Source of the DNA: a virus
IMG/VR virus record: IMGVR_UViG_3300030329_006380
Location: 72,484-136,483 of that record
Length of the DNA stretch: 64,000 bases
Strand: one strand, 5' to 3'
Part shown: positions 47,831 through 57,590 of the stretch, piece after piece
Layout: every line of letters starts with the position of its first letter
Position numbering within the stretch: position 1 is the first letter of the stretch
Notes under the pieces: model-generated
Told to the model about the DNA's origin: nothing
Database searches by the model: none
Seen by the model: only the letters and a program-made list of their open reading frames with translations
Translations under genes and position numbers: made by a program

Positions 47831-48686
47831 ATTTATCCTGATTCTCCTTCATTTCATCCACAGCAATCAAATCAAAGATGGTTGTCATGGGAACCACAAA
47901 ATCATTTCCGGCAGAAAGAGTACCCTCTTTAATAATAGTCGTAAACATAGATTCTAGAGTGTTAACTGTAGCCCTGACGGAGTAATTAGCATAGATTGCC
48001 AAGCTTACACCACAGTTCCTCATCTGTTCCGTTGTCATCTGGTTGTATGTGGTGGGAACAATAACCAAAGGCGTTGTCAACCCCTCTTTGTGATATCGAT
48101 CGCAAAATTTTAAAACTTCATCCGGTGTCTTATTCTTGTTGTGGATCAGGAAGCCGTCGCAACCAGCATCAGTATATGCCTTTGCTCTCTCGATGGCGAC
48201 GTCAATGCCTCTGTTTTGTATGAGAGCCTCTGTACGTGCAATCACCGCGAAACCTTCCTTGTTATTCTTCTCCAAGGCCGCTTTAATCTTTCCAACTGTC
48301 GTAGGTGTTTTTTCAAGTACTTTCTTCATACCATAAAAAGAACATCTCTTAGGCGAAGGGTTATCCTCGATGCACATCGCCCATGCACCAGCCTTAGAAT
48401 ATTCACGTGCCATCCGGATAGTGTTGATAGCACTTGGACCACCTTCATCTGCGTCAACTAAAATAGGTATATTCACTCGATCTGCAATCTTGCTAATCGC
48501 GTCTGCATAGTCAGCTACATTCAAAATTGATGCATCTGGGAATCTGTTCCATGCGTGCATCTCAAAACTAGAAAGCCAAATCGCGTCAAATCCTGCATTT
48601 TCGGCCAACTTTGCTATCATTGCATTACTTGCACCGCAAGCCAAACTTAATTTTTCATCTCTCAATAAATCTTTTATGGTTCTCAT
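47820..48686 (-). CDS. pepM: Phosphoenolpyruvate mutase (ICL/PEPM superfamily)
   Basis: AKLAENAGFDAIWLSS, PILVDADEG, CIEDNPSPKRCSFY, IARTEALI, LVIVPTTY. The Ppd/AEP-transaminase/CT context supports PepM although the EDKxxxxxNS motif is variant. Confidence 0.75.
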   Translation of the reverse strand: MRTIKDLLRDEKLSLACGASNAMIAKLAENAGFDAIWLSSFEMHAWNRFPDASILNVADYADAISKIADRVNIPILVDADEGGPSAINTIRMAREYSKAGAWAMCIEDNPSPKRCSFYGMKKVLEKTPTTVGKIKAALEKNNKEGFAVIARTEALIQNRGIDVAIERAKAYTDAGCDGFLIHNKNKTPDEVLKFCDRYHKEGLTTPLVIVPTTYNQMTTEQMRNCGVSLAIYANYSVRATVNTLESMFTTIIKEGTLSAGNDFVVPMTTIFDLIAVDEMKENQDKYGS

Positions 48687-48696
48687 ATCACTTCCC

Positions 48697-49587
48697 TTAT
48701 TCCGTGACGAAGTTTAAATACTCTTTTGCTACGTTATGCATATTATAGCAAGAATCATAGGAATTGTCAAGTTTATTATTAAAGTTCAAGACCTTGGGGG
48801 AATATAAATCTATTGGTGAAAAATCCCATTCCTCTTCTTCAATAATAATTGCATTAGGGCCTGCTATTTCCTTGGTCCCTCCGGAGGATGAACATATCAC
48901 CCTGCACCCGCACGCGCGGGCGTCGACAACAACATTTGGACAATGATCTAGCCATGCCAAGTGAATAAAATACTTTGAAGCTTTGTAGATTGAAATTAAC
49001 TGCCTCTGATTTAAGTGGCCCAAGTATTTAATTCTAGGATGTTTAATCGGTTCTTCGTTAGTTGAACCAGCAACCAAAAGACAATCTCTTGCGCCCGAAT
49101 GCTCTAAAAAATATCTTATATTTTCTGATAATCTTTTGTGAGGGCGCCACGATGAAGCGCATACCCAAATATTATCATAATTCTGCGAGAACTCATCAAT
49201 AGGAGAAACCTGATCAATTAATTCTAAATCTGCGCCATTGTGAATGACCCTGTAGTTCTTGTGTGGGCCAAACCACCTAAAAATAAGATCTTTGTTGAAA
49301 GTGGACTGAAATATTACCCCACTAGAATGTCTGTATGTTCGAAGAATATTACTATTCTTTATATCATAATTCTCTTGTGTATTAAAATAAATGCCATCTA
49401 ATCTCTGAAAAGTGGGCATAGAATTAATGTTTTTACGATGGGACTCGATAAAACATAGGCTGATATCGGAGATTCTTAGGTCGGTAACCTCACACCCCAA
49501 GATATTGAATTGATTTTTTAATTTTTGAGCAAATGAATTCGGGCCGCTGTTGCTACCCAAGTTAACATTTTCTAGGCATATTTTCAT
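48697..49587 (-). CDS. GT4-like (GT-B) glycosyltransferase
   Basis: QRLDG, VIHNGAD, YLGHL, WLDHCPNVVVDARACG, GGTKEI. Confidence 0.8.
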   Translation of the reverse strand: MKICLENVNLGSNSGPNSFAQKLKNQFNILGCEVTDLRISDISLCFIESHRKNINSMPTFQRLDGIYFNTQENYDIKNSNILRTYRHSSGVIFQSTFNKDLIFRWFGPHKNYRVIHNGADLELIDQVSPIDEFSQNYDNIWVCASSWRPHKRLSENIRYFLEHSGARDCLLVAGSTNEEPIKHPRIKYLGHLNQRQLISIYKASKYFIHLAWLDHCPNVVVDARACGCRVICSSSGGTKEIAGPNAIIIEEEEWDFSPIDLYSPKVLNFNNKLDNSYDSCYNMHNVAKEYLNFVTE

Positions 49588-51230
49588 AAAGACTTTAATC
49601 TCTCATATTGAGACTTCTTTCTTATCTGTGCTTCGATTCGTAACTGATCTCTCCGTTGCACCCGATCAACAGAAAGAGGATTTAGGCGATTGTAAGTATA
49701 TACAATCTGATCGATCGATTTATAGTGTGTTTGGCCGGCCATCTCTAACATAGGATACATCAAGGCTCGATCAAAAGTACATTGGTAAAATTTACCATCT
49801 TCATCTTTTAAATCTGATTTGTCAATCTTATCAAAAAGTTTTTTTCGAAAAGTTCTAAGGTGGGAAAAAACATTTGGGTGACCCGAACCATCGTAATATT
49901 TTCTTAAGTTACCATTCCACATTGCATCATCAGAGTTAGCCGATTTAACTACCCGACATGTCGTTGATTCTATGTATGTTCCTGCGGTAATCCATGTCTC
50001 CTTATCATATTCCTCATTAAGCCTAGCTAACACATTAAAACTAGATAACCAGTCATCGCCATCGAGCAACACTATAATTGAGTCATCACGGACTTGCTTT
50101 ATAGCATTGTTAATATTATACAGAGCCTTGTAATTCTTCTTATTCCTTATAATATTTAAACGATCTTCTTTGTCATAAAGATCTTTTATCTCAGAAACCA
50201 AATCATATGTGGCATCCTCTGAATCATCGTCGATGTAAATAATATTAAAATTACCATATTTTTGGTTTAGTGCAGATAAAACATTTTTTTCAACCCATGG
50301 GGCGCAATTATATGCAGGTATAATAATCGTAAAATGGTTTTTCTCTAATAAGTTATTGCCTATAGGAGTGTCAATGCTGGATATCTCTTCTATCTTTTTC
50401 CAGAATGTTAGCGGTCTAGATGATAGATACTCTTCTATCTCCCTCGTTGACGTTGAACTAAACCATGTCTCATCTTTATGTTGAACATGGTCATTTATAA
50501 TCAATTCCTTCCCTAATAATTTAGCCTCTATTACCATTCTAGGGCAAGTATCTGATCCAATTGGCAAAAAAAGCAACCCCCTGCATGCTTGCATTTTTTT
50601 TAAAAACTCTTTATGAGGTAGATCCCCAACTAATTCATACTCTAGATTATTTTCTATCGCATACTCAATCGCTTCTCTAACCCCCTTGATTTTTGAACTG
50701 GAATTCATTATAAGCCATTTATTAGTATGACCCTTCTTCTCTTTCAAAAGAGAAATATATTTCAAAGTGTCTAAAGAGAAAATAGAACTGAGTACATAAC
50801 TCTCTTTGTTCTTCAAGAAGGGAAATTTACTATGATATTTATCTCTCTGTCCCTGTGACATCCACCACAATGATTTTGCACCCTTGAAAAAGATAGATAT
50901 TAGTTTACCATGTGATTCTTTGTGGCATTCGCATTTCCCCTCGGCCATTTCATGCAACTCTTCACATCGAAATTTACAAAATTTATAATCGTATTCAATC
51001 ACTGAATATTCTAAATTTTTATATGCGTGCAAAAGAAGCGATGTATCTAAATTATAAAAATTTCCAAAAACCCAGTGATAATCCTTATAAGAATGCATAT
51101 GCTTTTTGGTACAATGATGTGAGTGGAGTTTAATAACTGGGAGCGGGCATTTCTCTATCAACGCCTCAGAAGTTAATTCTGCTCCACCTGCATGATCTTC
51201 TTTGAAGAAGTCCGAGACAAATACAATCAT
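49584..51230 (-). CDS. Bifunctional GT-B plus GT2 glycosyltransferase
   Basis: N-half DTCPRMVIEAKLLG; C-half FTIIIPAYN, YIDDDSED, LLDGDDWL. Start 51230 after GAGG (ORF track 51254). Confidence 0.8.
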   Translation of the reverse strand: MIVFVSDFFKEDHAGGAELTSEALIEKCPLPVIKLHSHHCTKKHMHSYKDYHWVFGNFYNLDTSLLLHAYKNLEYSVIEYDYKFCKFRCEELHEMAEGKCECHKESHGKLISIFFKGAKSLWWMSQGQRDKYHSKFPFLKNKESYVLSSIFSLDTLKYISLLKEKKGHTNKWLIMNSSSKIKGVREAIEYAIENNLEYELVGDLPHKEFLKKMQACRGLLFLPIGSDTCPRMVIEAKLLGKELIINDHVQHKDETWFSSTSTREIEEYLSSRPLTFWKKIEEISSIDTPIGNNLLEKNHFTIIIPAYNCAPWVEKNVLSALNQKYGNFNIIYIDDDSEDATYDLVSEIKDLYDKEDRLNIIRNKKNYKALYNINNAIKQVRDDSIIVLLDGDDWLSSFNVLARLNEEYDKETWITAGTYIESTTCRVVKSANSDDAMWNGNLRKYYDGSGHPNVFSHLRTFRKKLFDKIDKSDLKDEDGKFYQCTFDRALMYPMLEMAGQTHYKSIDQIVYTYNRLNPLSVDRVQRRDQLRIEAQIRKKSQYERLKSL

Positions 51231-51231
51231 C

Positions 51232-52503
51232 TTATACCTCTGAGAGTTCTGCAAATAGCTTGTCTATCTCTTCATCCCTCTCTAGCTGATCACCCATGAT
51301 AGCTTCGACCATCTTCTTGTTGATCTTTTGCACCTCAAAGGCCTCTAGAGTATAATCCTTTAGTTTCTCAGCCTGCTTCTCATACATCCCCAAATTTTTA
51401 TATACATCGCGCATTTTCATCTTTGCGCTGCCCTCCCTAGGATAACACCACATTGAACCCTTCTCTAGGACACCCTTCCAAACTGCTTTTTTAGGTATTG
51501 GTTTAATATCATAAGACACGCTGGCGAAGAAGGGGCGCTTCTTCTTTTTCCCATTCTTCTTAACAGTGTCCATAAAGAGGAAATCATTTTGACCGCTCCA
51601 CTCGGTAGTCACCACAGGTAAGCCATGATACACTGCCTCAAAAATCGGCAACCCATAACCCTCGCCATGACTTAAAGATATTAAAGCTTTGATTTTTTCA
51701 TGATTATATAGATATGACATTTGACCCTCTGAAAGGGAGCCATGAAGTAGATGTACCTTGCACTTTCTCTTGCTATATTCTTCATTCGCCAATAAATTTT
51801 TAATCTTTTCTCTAAAGTGGTAATAATCCATCAAAGAATTGCTTGCAATATTACATTTAAGCACTAATCCCACCTCTTGATCGATAAATTCTTCAACAAA
51901 CCACTTAATAGTGTTCTCTAAGTTTTTACGAGGGGACCATTGGGCTACTACTAGAAAATTAAAATCATACTCCAGATCAATCGTCACCTCCTCTGGTTCA
52001 AAAAATCGCACTGGGTATCCAACGACCTCTATAGGGGTGTTGCATTTGAAATTAGGAATCGTCTGGCCGGTTTGAGGGTCTCTCGCTTCATAAGAAGTTG
52101 ATTCATAAACATTCTTTGCATGATTCGAAACAACTATAATCTTGTCCATGCCCATGGATTTCTCAATCCACTGTGGAGCGACTTTTGTTGTCTCGATGCC
52201 CGCGGTGTATCCAATATTAATTGGTGCTAGGCGCTCCCATTCGTTAGGTATTGTCACTTGAAGAGATATATCGAAATGCTTTGAATTCTGCATGTACACA
52301 GCCGTTTTCTGAATTAAGTGATCAATCCATTGTCTCTCTTCAGTGTCTCTCCATTGCCAACTGGTGCGGCCCCAATTTAAAGTATGTACATATATATCAA
52401 AAATCTCTTCATGTTCTCGGAGGGCCCGCAAAGCAAATCTGGCCTGCTCACCATACCCACTCTGACTTAATATGGGTCCTCTCACTAATATCTTTTTTCT
52501 CAC
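51232..52503 (-). CDS. GT4-family glycosyltransferase
   Basis: SQSGYG, YTAGIET, RKNLE, SHGEGYGLPIFEA...PVVTTEWSG. Confidence 0.85.
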   Translation of the reverse strand: MRKKILVRGPILSQSGYGEQARFALRALREHEEIFDIYVHTLNWGRTSWQWRDTEERQWIDHLIQKTAVYMQNSKHFDISLQVTIPNEWERLAPINIGYTAGIETTKVAPQWIEKSMGMDKIIVVSNHAKNVYESTSYEARDPQTGQTIPNFKCNTPIEVVGYPVRFFEPEEVTIDLEYDFNFLVVAQWSPRKNLENTIKWFVEEFIDQEVGLVLKCNIASNSLMDYYHFREKIKNLLANEEYSKRKCKVHLLHGSLSEGQMSYLYNHEKIKALISLSHGEGYGLPIFEAVYHGLPVVTTEWSGQNDFLFMDTVKKNGKKKKRPFFASVSYDIKPIPKKAVWKGVLEKGSMWCYPREGSAKMKMRDVYKNLGMYEKQAEKLKDYTLEAFEVQKINKKMVEAIMGDQLERDEEIDKLFAELSEV

Positions 52504-52511
52504 AGTATCTC

Positions 52512-53774
52512 CTATAATGTTGTGTAGCGATATGATTTATAATTTTCCCTAGAGTCCCAAGAACCATGGGTTTCATGTACTCGAATCAAAAGATTCTCCC
52601 AAGATTTTGCATACTTATCATATCCATATTCACGGAGCACATGTTGTCTTCCCTTTTCCCCCATTTCTTCGCGCTGTTCCTTCGTCATATTGAAGAAATC
52701 AAGCAATGCGTCAATAAAATCTTCCTTGTTGAGGCGATCTTCGTAAATCCATGGAACTTCTTGCGATCCTATCACAGCTTTCGAGCTAGGTTCGAGGCCT
52801 ATCCCATACCACTCTTTACCATTCGTAACTTGTTGCTGTAATCCGCCGGTCATATTCACTATAATGGGTGTACCAGCAAAAAGAGATTCCAGTGTGGATA
52901 ACCCAAACCCCTCAGCATCAGCAATATTAATTGTACAATCAGCAGCATTATAAATCATATTTAATGCTGCTGGTGGAAGTTTTTCCATGGATAATAAAAC
53001 TTGCCCTTTGTTCATCCCTAATTCATGAATTATCGCATGTAAAGATTGACCATGCTGGTCATTGGGATCAGTGTGCATTAAGAGCATTGCTTTATCATGG
53101 CCAACTTTGTCTAAAAATTCTTTAAACCAAAATATCAAAGTTCCAGACTGCTTTCGCCTAGCATTTCTATTGTTCCAGAAAAACACTAGTTTATCCTCTC
53201 CCTTTCCATGGAAAAAATTTTCTTTTCGAAATTCTTGTATCTCTTCTTTCGAAAGTTTTTTGAATTCTTGGTCATTGGCCGTATGAGGTATATATTCAAC
53301 ATCAACAGAGGGCGACACATTTCGTACAATATCGTCTGTGACTTTAGATATCGTCACTACCATATCATTTGATTCATAAAATGGCGCATTAAATTTAGGA
53401 TATGGGTAGTTATCCCATACATGATAATAAACCATAGGGCATAATGGCCGTATCTCATCTGAGATTTCCCATAGCCATGCCCAAAATCGAGGATCTGTCA
53501 TAAACCACAACATATCCGGACGATGAATTCGGAGCATCGATCGAACCAGATCTGCGTTCCCATATCCATCAACTGGGTGGATTAATAGATCATCTCCCCA
53601 TTTATCTGTTTTTTGTGGTGAATAATTCTCATGTTTCATTGCCCCCGCAATGCACACAAAGGAAAACTTACCGGTACCCAATAAGTGTTCAATCATATAT
53701 CTCGTCTGAGTTCCCACTCCAGAGGGGGCAAACGGGTGGTCACTCAACACAAGTACCTTAATTTTTTTGGACAT
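52512..53774 (-). CDS. GT4-family glycosyltransferase
   Basis: SGVGTQ, NRNARRKQ, EGFGLSTLESLFAGTPIIVNMTGG. Confidence 0.85.
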   Translation of the reverse strand: MSKKIKVLVLSDHPFAPSGVGTQTRYMIEHLLGTGKFSFVCIAGAMKHENYSPQKTDKWGDDLLIHPVDGYGNADLVRSMLRIHRPDMLWFMTDPRFWAWLWEISDEIRPLCPMVYYHVWDNYPYPKFNAPFYESNDMVVTISKVTDDIVRNVSPSVDVEYIPHTANDQEFKKLSKEEIQEFRKENFFHGKGEDKLVFFWNNRNARRKQSGTLIFWFKEFLDKVGHDKAMLLMHTDPNDQHGQSLHAIIHELGMNKGQVLLSMEKLPPAALNMIYNAADCTINIADAEGFGLSTLESLFAGTPIIVNMTGGLQQQVTNGKEWYGIGLEPSSKAVIGSQEVPWIYEDRLNKEDFIDALLDFFNMTKEQREEMGEKGRQHVLREYGYDKYAKSWENLLIRVHETHGSWDSRENYKSYRYTTL

Positions 53775-53777
53775 GTT

Positions 53778-54545
53778 TCACCTAGGGCAGTGCGAGGTTC
53801 TATAAAACTCGCAATTTTCACACTTAAGTTTGTTTTTGATAAAATTTTTATTTTTTATATTATAGACTGCTTTCTTAACTTTGTCAAGAGAATTCTTAAC
53901 TCTCTTGGGTCCACTAGTAACCCGAAGAAACTCAACTTTATCTTTCTTGGCGGTCCTCTTAAGAAGAGCAAAATACGTTTCAATATCTTTCATATCTATA
54001 TTATATTTCTTAGCATAATAATTTTTATATAAAACAATCTGGTAGATGACCATAGGATCTGCCTTTTTTCGCGAGTCCCAGCCCCACGAACATGTCTTCC
54101 AATCGATTATATGATATTTCTGATCGGGTGTTCTGATTATTAAATCGATAAATCCCTTGAAGATATAATCTACATCTTCCATCTTCTCATACAACCTTTC
54201 CTCAACGCCAATAACCTCGAAGACACCAAAATGTTTCTTTAATTCCGGTATCGCTAATGAAACTAACGTGGTGCCCTGCTTCAAGAATTCAACAAACCGC
54301 TCCTCTTCAACCTCTTCTGGTATTTTGTTGATCTCTCGTAAAAAAGATTCACAAAAATAATCTTGCATATCCGCCTGTTTAATCTCCTTCAGGAGATTTT
54401 TTTCGCAAGATTCATGCAGAGCGGAACCAAATGCTGTAAATATATTCCCCTTGAAGGGTCTGAGGCCATCTAAATTTACTAATTTATGATAAAATGGACA
54501 GAAATCCCAATTTTTTAACTCAGAAAAAGATATATGTTTTTTCAT
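53778..54545 (-). CDS. PD-(D/E)XK Cas4/AddB-like exonuclease
   Basis: SFSELKNWDFCP, GSALH, GFIDLI, IIDWKT, Q..Y, and C-terminal CENCEF...HCP Fe-S ligands. Confidence 0.85.
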   Translation of the reverse strand: MKKHISFSELKNWDFCPFYHKLVNLDGLRPFKGNIFTAFGSALHESCEKNLLKEIKQADMQDYFCESFLREINKIPEEVEEERFVEFLKQGTTLVSLAIPELKKHFGVFEVIGVEERLYEKMEDVDYIFKGFIDLIIRTPDQKYHIIDWKTCSWGWDSRKKADPMVIYQIVLYKNYYAKKYNIDMKDIETYFALLKRTAKKDKVEFLRVTSGPKRVKNSLDKVKKAVYNIKNKNFIKNKLKCENCEFYRTSHCPR

Positions 54546-54859
54546 ACTTCCTCGGTGGAAGCGACCGTTGTTTTCTTTTTGCGGCTGCGAGTGGCCTTCT
54601 GTTTCACGGGAGGAGGTGATGGAGCTAGCTTCTTTAATCTACATTTAAACGCCTTAATTCTTATGTCCTCTCGATAATTTCCCATAGGTGCCAAATTTTC
54701 GACTTTAAGTACCTCTTTTATATTGTCGCGAATAAAACTTTCCACTTCGTGAGGGGTGGACTTTAAAGTGAGACCATCTACTGATTCCTTAGTGGGTAAC
54801 TCTAGTGTCACCTCCAGAAATTCAGTTCCGGAGCCCTCCTTTTTGATAATTTTAAGCAT
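54542..54859 (-). CDS. Hypothetical protein with a basic C-terminal tail
   Basis: 105 aa, overlapping start and stop with its neighbours. Confidence 0.45.
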   Translation of the reverse strand: MLKIIKKEGSGTEFLEVTLELPTKESVDGLTLKSTPHEVESFIRDNIKEVLKVENLAPMGNYREDIRIKAFKCRLKKLAPSPPPVKQKATRSRKKKTTVASTEEV

Positions 54860-55547
54860 TTCCTAATTTCTCCTCTAAAAATTTTATTTTTTTGTACAGT
54901 ACTGGACAAAGCAACTGTATATAGGGTCTCTCACCATATTTCGTAAAATACTCTTCAAAACCAACGGCGAAATATTCGCGAATTGACGTGACAGAATAAG
55001 GCCCAATAAACAATCCGGTAGTAAAATTTGTCAACTTTTCATATCCGATTTCTTTGTACAAAAGGTTATCAAAGTCTACGGAGTATTCCAACTCCATAAA
55101 CTCATCTGTTGGTATATTATATCCATGTGCAGTCAAAATGTCAAGTAATTTATTTCTTTTTCCTAAAAATTCTGCTCTTATGTAGCCATCTCCGTAAATT
55201 TCCTCTGAATATCGCTCCTCAATCATGTGAGCGATCTCATGAACAATATCATCAATAAGGTCAGCGTCACTATCTTGATCATTGGTGATATGGAGGGTAC
55301 CATTCTCATAAAAAGCGTTAACCTGTTTATTTTCGAACTCCTCGGAGTAACCAATAATTATAGACTCTAAGCCCAAAAAGAAATTATCCGGCAACATTTT
55401 CCGGATTTTTGTAAATATGTCAATAAAATCGATGCCCACAGGAAGGGGGTCTTTAATTTGGACTTGAACTTTTCCGCCCAATACGCTAAAACTCCCTGCG
55501 TTTCGCTTCATCCGCGAGGAAGAGTTAGCAATATATTCTCTAATCAT
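54852..55547 (-). CDS. Putative zincin metallopeptidase (HEXXH)
   Basis: IVHEIAHMIE plus a downstream REYFAVGFEEY (third-ligand E pattern). Confidence 0.55.
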   Translation of the reverse strand: MIREYIANSSSRMKRNAGSFSVLGGKVQVQIKDPLPVGIDFIDIFTKIRKMLPDNFFLGLESIIIGYSEEFENKQVNAFYENGTLHITNDQDSDADLIDDIVHEIAHMIEERYSEEIYGDGYIRAEFLGKRNKLLDILTAHGYNIPTDEFMELEYSVDFDNLLYKEIGYEKLTNFTTGLFIGPYSVTSIREYFAVGFEEYFTKYGERPYIQLLCPVLYKKIKFLEEKLGNA

Positions 55548-55878
55548 TGGTTCCTTCTTCCGTGGGCGTATTGGCTTGTTCTTTTATAATCTTTTCCCCG
55601 ACCTCGATATCTACAAAGGCTTGCCTGTAGCCGCGGATCCAATTTTCTTCAGCAACAGCAAGGAGAAACTCTGGGAATTCTTTGGCCATAGTTTCAATAA
55701 TCATTTCGACTGTCACATCGTCATTGTCGTTATTATGCTTTTTACCTACATAATCAACCAACCAACTCTTCAATTGATTATCGCGAGTTGCTTTGGAATC
55801 CAAATTTGGATTTGCAATTGCTTCTTTCTCAGTAGTTAACTCACTTTCGTTAATTTGTGCTGTCATCTTATCCTCCAT
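55540..55878 (-). CDS. Hypothetical protein
   Basis: 112 aa, coupled to its neighbours. Confidence 0.5.
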   Translation of the reverse strand: MEDKMTAQINESELTTEKEAIANPNLDSKATRDNQLKSWLVDYVGKKHNNDNDDVTVEMIIETMAKEFPEFLLAVAEENWIRGYRQAFVDIEVGEKIIKEQANTPTEEGTND

Positions 55879-56194
55879 TTAGGTTGTTATAGTATGAATC
55901 CACAGCAAAAGAATTTGCAACAATCTTTACGCTGTATTCAATTTGCACAGAAGTAAATAGAACTATTTTTTGTTTATTGACAATTTCAACTTTCTTTAGG
56001 TACCTAGCCGGTGATTTGGAGATTTCCAAAAACTTCTTCCTAGCACGGGCCATTGCGCGGCGGGTTGATGCTTGATCTTCGTAAAAACTAACGTCAACAA
56101 AAGCCACCTCATTTAAATCTGCCGCGGGTGATGTAGAGTCCTCTATCGGAATCATATACCAGTCTGGTATATAATCATCATAACTGTCTGTCAT
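55868..56194 (-). CDS. Hypothetical protein
   Basis: 108 aa, ATGA overlap with phoH. Confidence 0.45.
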   Translation of the reverse strand: MTDSYDDYIPDWYMIPIEDSTSPAADLNEVAFVDVSFYEDQASTRRAMARARKKFLEISKSPARYLKKVEIVNKQKIVLFTSVQIEYSVKIVANSFAVDSYYNNLNGG

Positions 56195-57555
56195 AATATT
56201 TTTGCAGCCAATGTAGCTATCTTGGATCTTTCACCCTTCGTTAATGTTACGTGACCGGATATGCTATGATCTTTAAATTTTTCAACAGCATATGCTAATC
56301 CATTGCTGGTTTCATCAATATACACATTATCAATCTGTTCGATGTCTCCAGTAAGTACAATCTTCGTGTTTTCACCTGCTCTTGTAATTATAGTCTTTAA
56401 TTCGTGAATTGTCAAATTCTGAGCCTCGTCAATAATAATAAAAGCATTCGCAATACTTCTACCTCGTATATATGTCAATGCCTCAATCTCTATTATACCT
56501 TGGGATACATACATCTTCAATGTATCTTTATTGTTTCCTAGTAGATATTTTAAATTATCCTGTATTGGTGCCAGCCATGGCATCATTTTTTCTTCCATTG
56601 TTCCCGGAAGATACCCAATGTCTTTTCCCATGGGCTGGATTGGACGCGAAACGATTAAGTGTTTGTATCCCGGTGAATCAGCGGCCGGGCTTAAAACTTG
56701 CTGCAGGCCTGCTGCCGTGGCCAAAAGTGTTTTCCCCGTTCCTGCTTTCCCAACGATCGTAACTAAATCAATATTGGGATTATTAAGAAGATTCATTACA
56801 AACCCTTGTTCTTTATTTCTAGTCTTAATTCCCCATGCATCTTTCTTCTTTTTATTATTGTTATTACATTCCGTAACCTTCAAAAGAGGCTCATCGTAGT
56901 CTACAAATCTGGCGATCCCTGTCTTCTTATCATTCAGCGAGGAAACCAATAATATAAATTGATTAGGGTATAATTTAATATCATCGCGATCTAGAAAAAT
57001 CTCTTCGCCGCTGTGAAATCTATCGATTATCTGATCATCAATCAAGTGAGAAGTGAAACCGGTATATAAATCTGTTCTACTTTTAACAACTTGACTTGGG
57101 ATATATTCTTCCGACAAGAGATTTATAGAATCACACTTAACGCGCATATTGATATCGCGCGAAACCATTATTACCTTTCTAACTGTTTTTCTATTCTGAT
57201 CTAGTTTAACAACATCTCTTTTCTCAGTCAGTGCTGTTGCAATTATCTGATTATCTGGCACTGAGGAATCGAAACTATCCGGGAGCAGTGAAAGGTCCGG
57301 TGTTAAAACTCGAAGTATTCCCTTGCCCTTTGCTAACCGAACACCAGAATATAAGTTACCTTTAATACGCAATGAATCCAAAAATCGTATAAATTTTCTA
57401 GCATTGGAGCCAACGGTATCTTGTCGCTGTTTGTGTTTATCTATTTCGTCCAATACTTTTAACGGGATCACAATATCATTATTTTCAAAAGTATTAATAG
57501 AATCACAATCGGTTAAAATAACGCTAGTATCGAACACATACGTCTTTTTTGCCAT
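56191..57555 (-). CDS. phoH: PhoH-family protein (PIN domain plus ATPase; PhoH2/YlaK type)
   Basis: YVFDTSV PIN start, GKAGTGKT Walker A, GYLPGTMEEKM, YIRGRSI, IIDEAQNLT, LTGDIEQID. Confidence 0.92.
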   Translation of the reverse strand: MAKKTYVFDTSVILTDCDSINTFENNDIVIPLKVLDEIDKHKQRQDTVGSNARKFIRFLDSLRIKGNLYSGVRLAKGKGILRVLTPDLSLLPDSFDSSVPDNQIIATALTEKRDVVKLDQNRKTVRKVIMVSRDINMRVKCDSINLLSEEYIPSQVVKSRTDLYTGFTSHLIDDQIIDRFHSGEEIFLDRDDIKLYPNQFILLVSSLNDKKTGIARFVDYDEPLLKVTECNNNNKKKKDAWGIKTRNKEQGFVMNLLNNPNIDLVTIVGKAGTGKTLLATAAGLQQVLSPAADSPGYKHLIVSRPIQPMGKDIGYLPGTMEEKMMPWLAPIQDNLKYLLGNNKDTLKMYVSQGIIEIEALTYIRGRSIANAFIIIDEAQNLTIHELKTIITRAGENTKIVLTGDIEQIDNVYIDETSNGLAYAVEKFKDHSISGHVTLTKGERSKIATLAAKIL

Positions 57556-57581
57556 AAAATACCCTACTCTATCCTTCTTAA

Positions 57582-57590
57582 GTAAATAGA
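57582..57590 (-). promoter_or_regulatory. Candidate promoter motif TCTATTTAC
   Basis: Motif variant in the divergent gap upstream of phoH. Confidence 0.35.

Noticed and set aside
53778-54545. CRISPR-associated cas4 or a mini CRISPR system
   Set aside because: No other cas genes or array. Stand-alone Cas4-like PD-(D/E)XK nucleases are common in phages.
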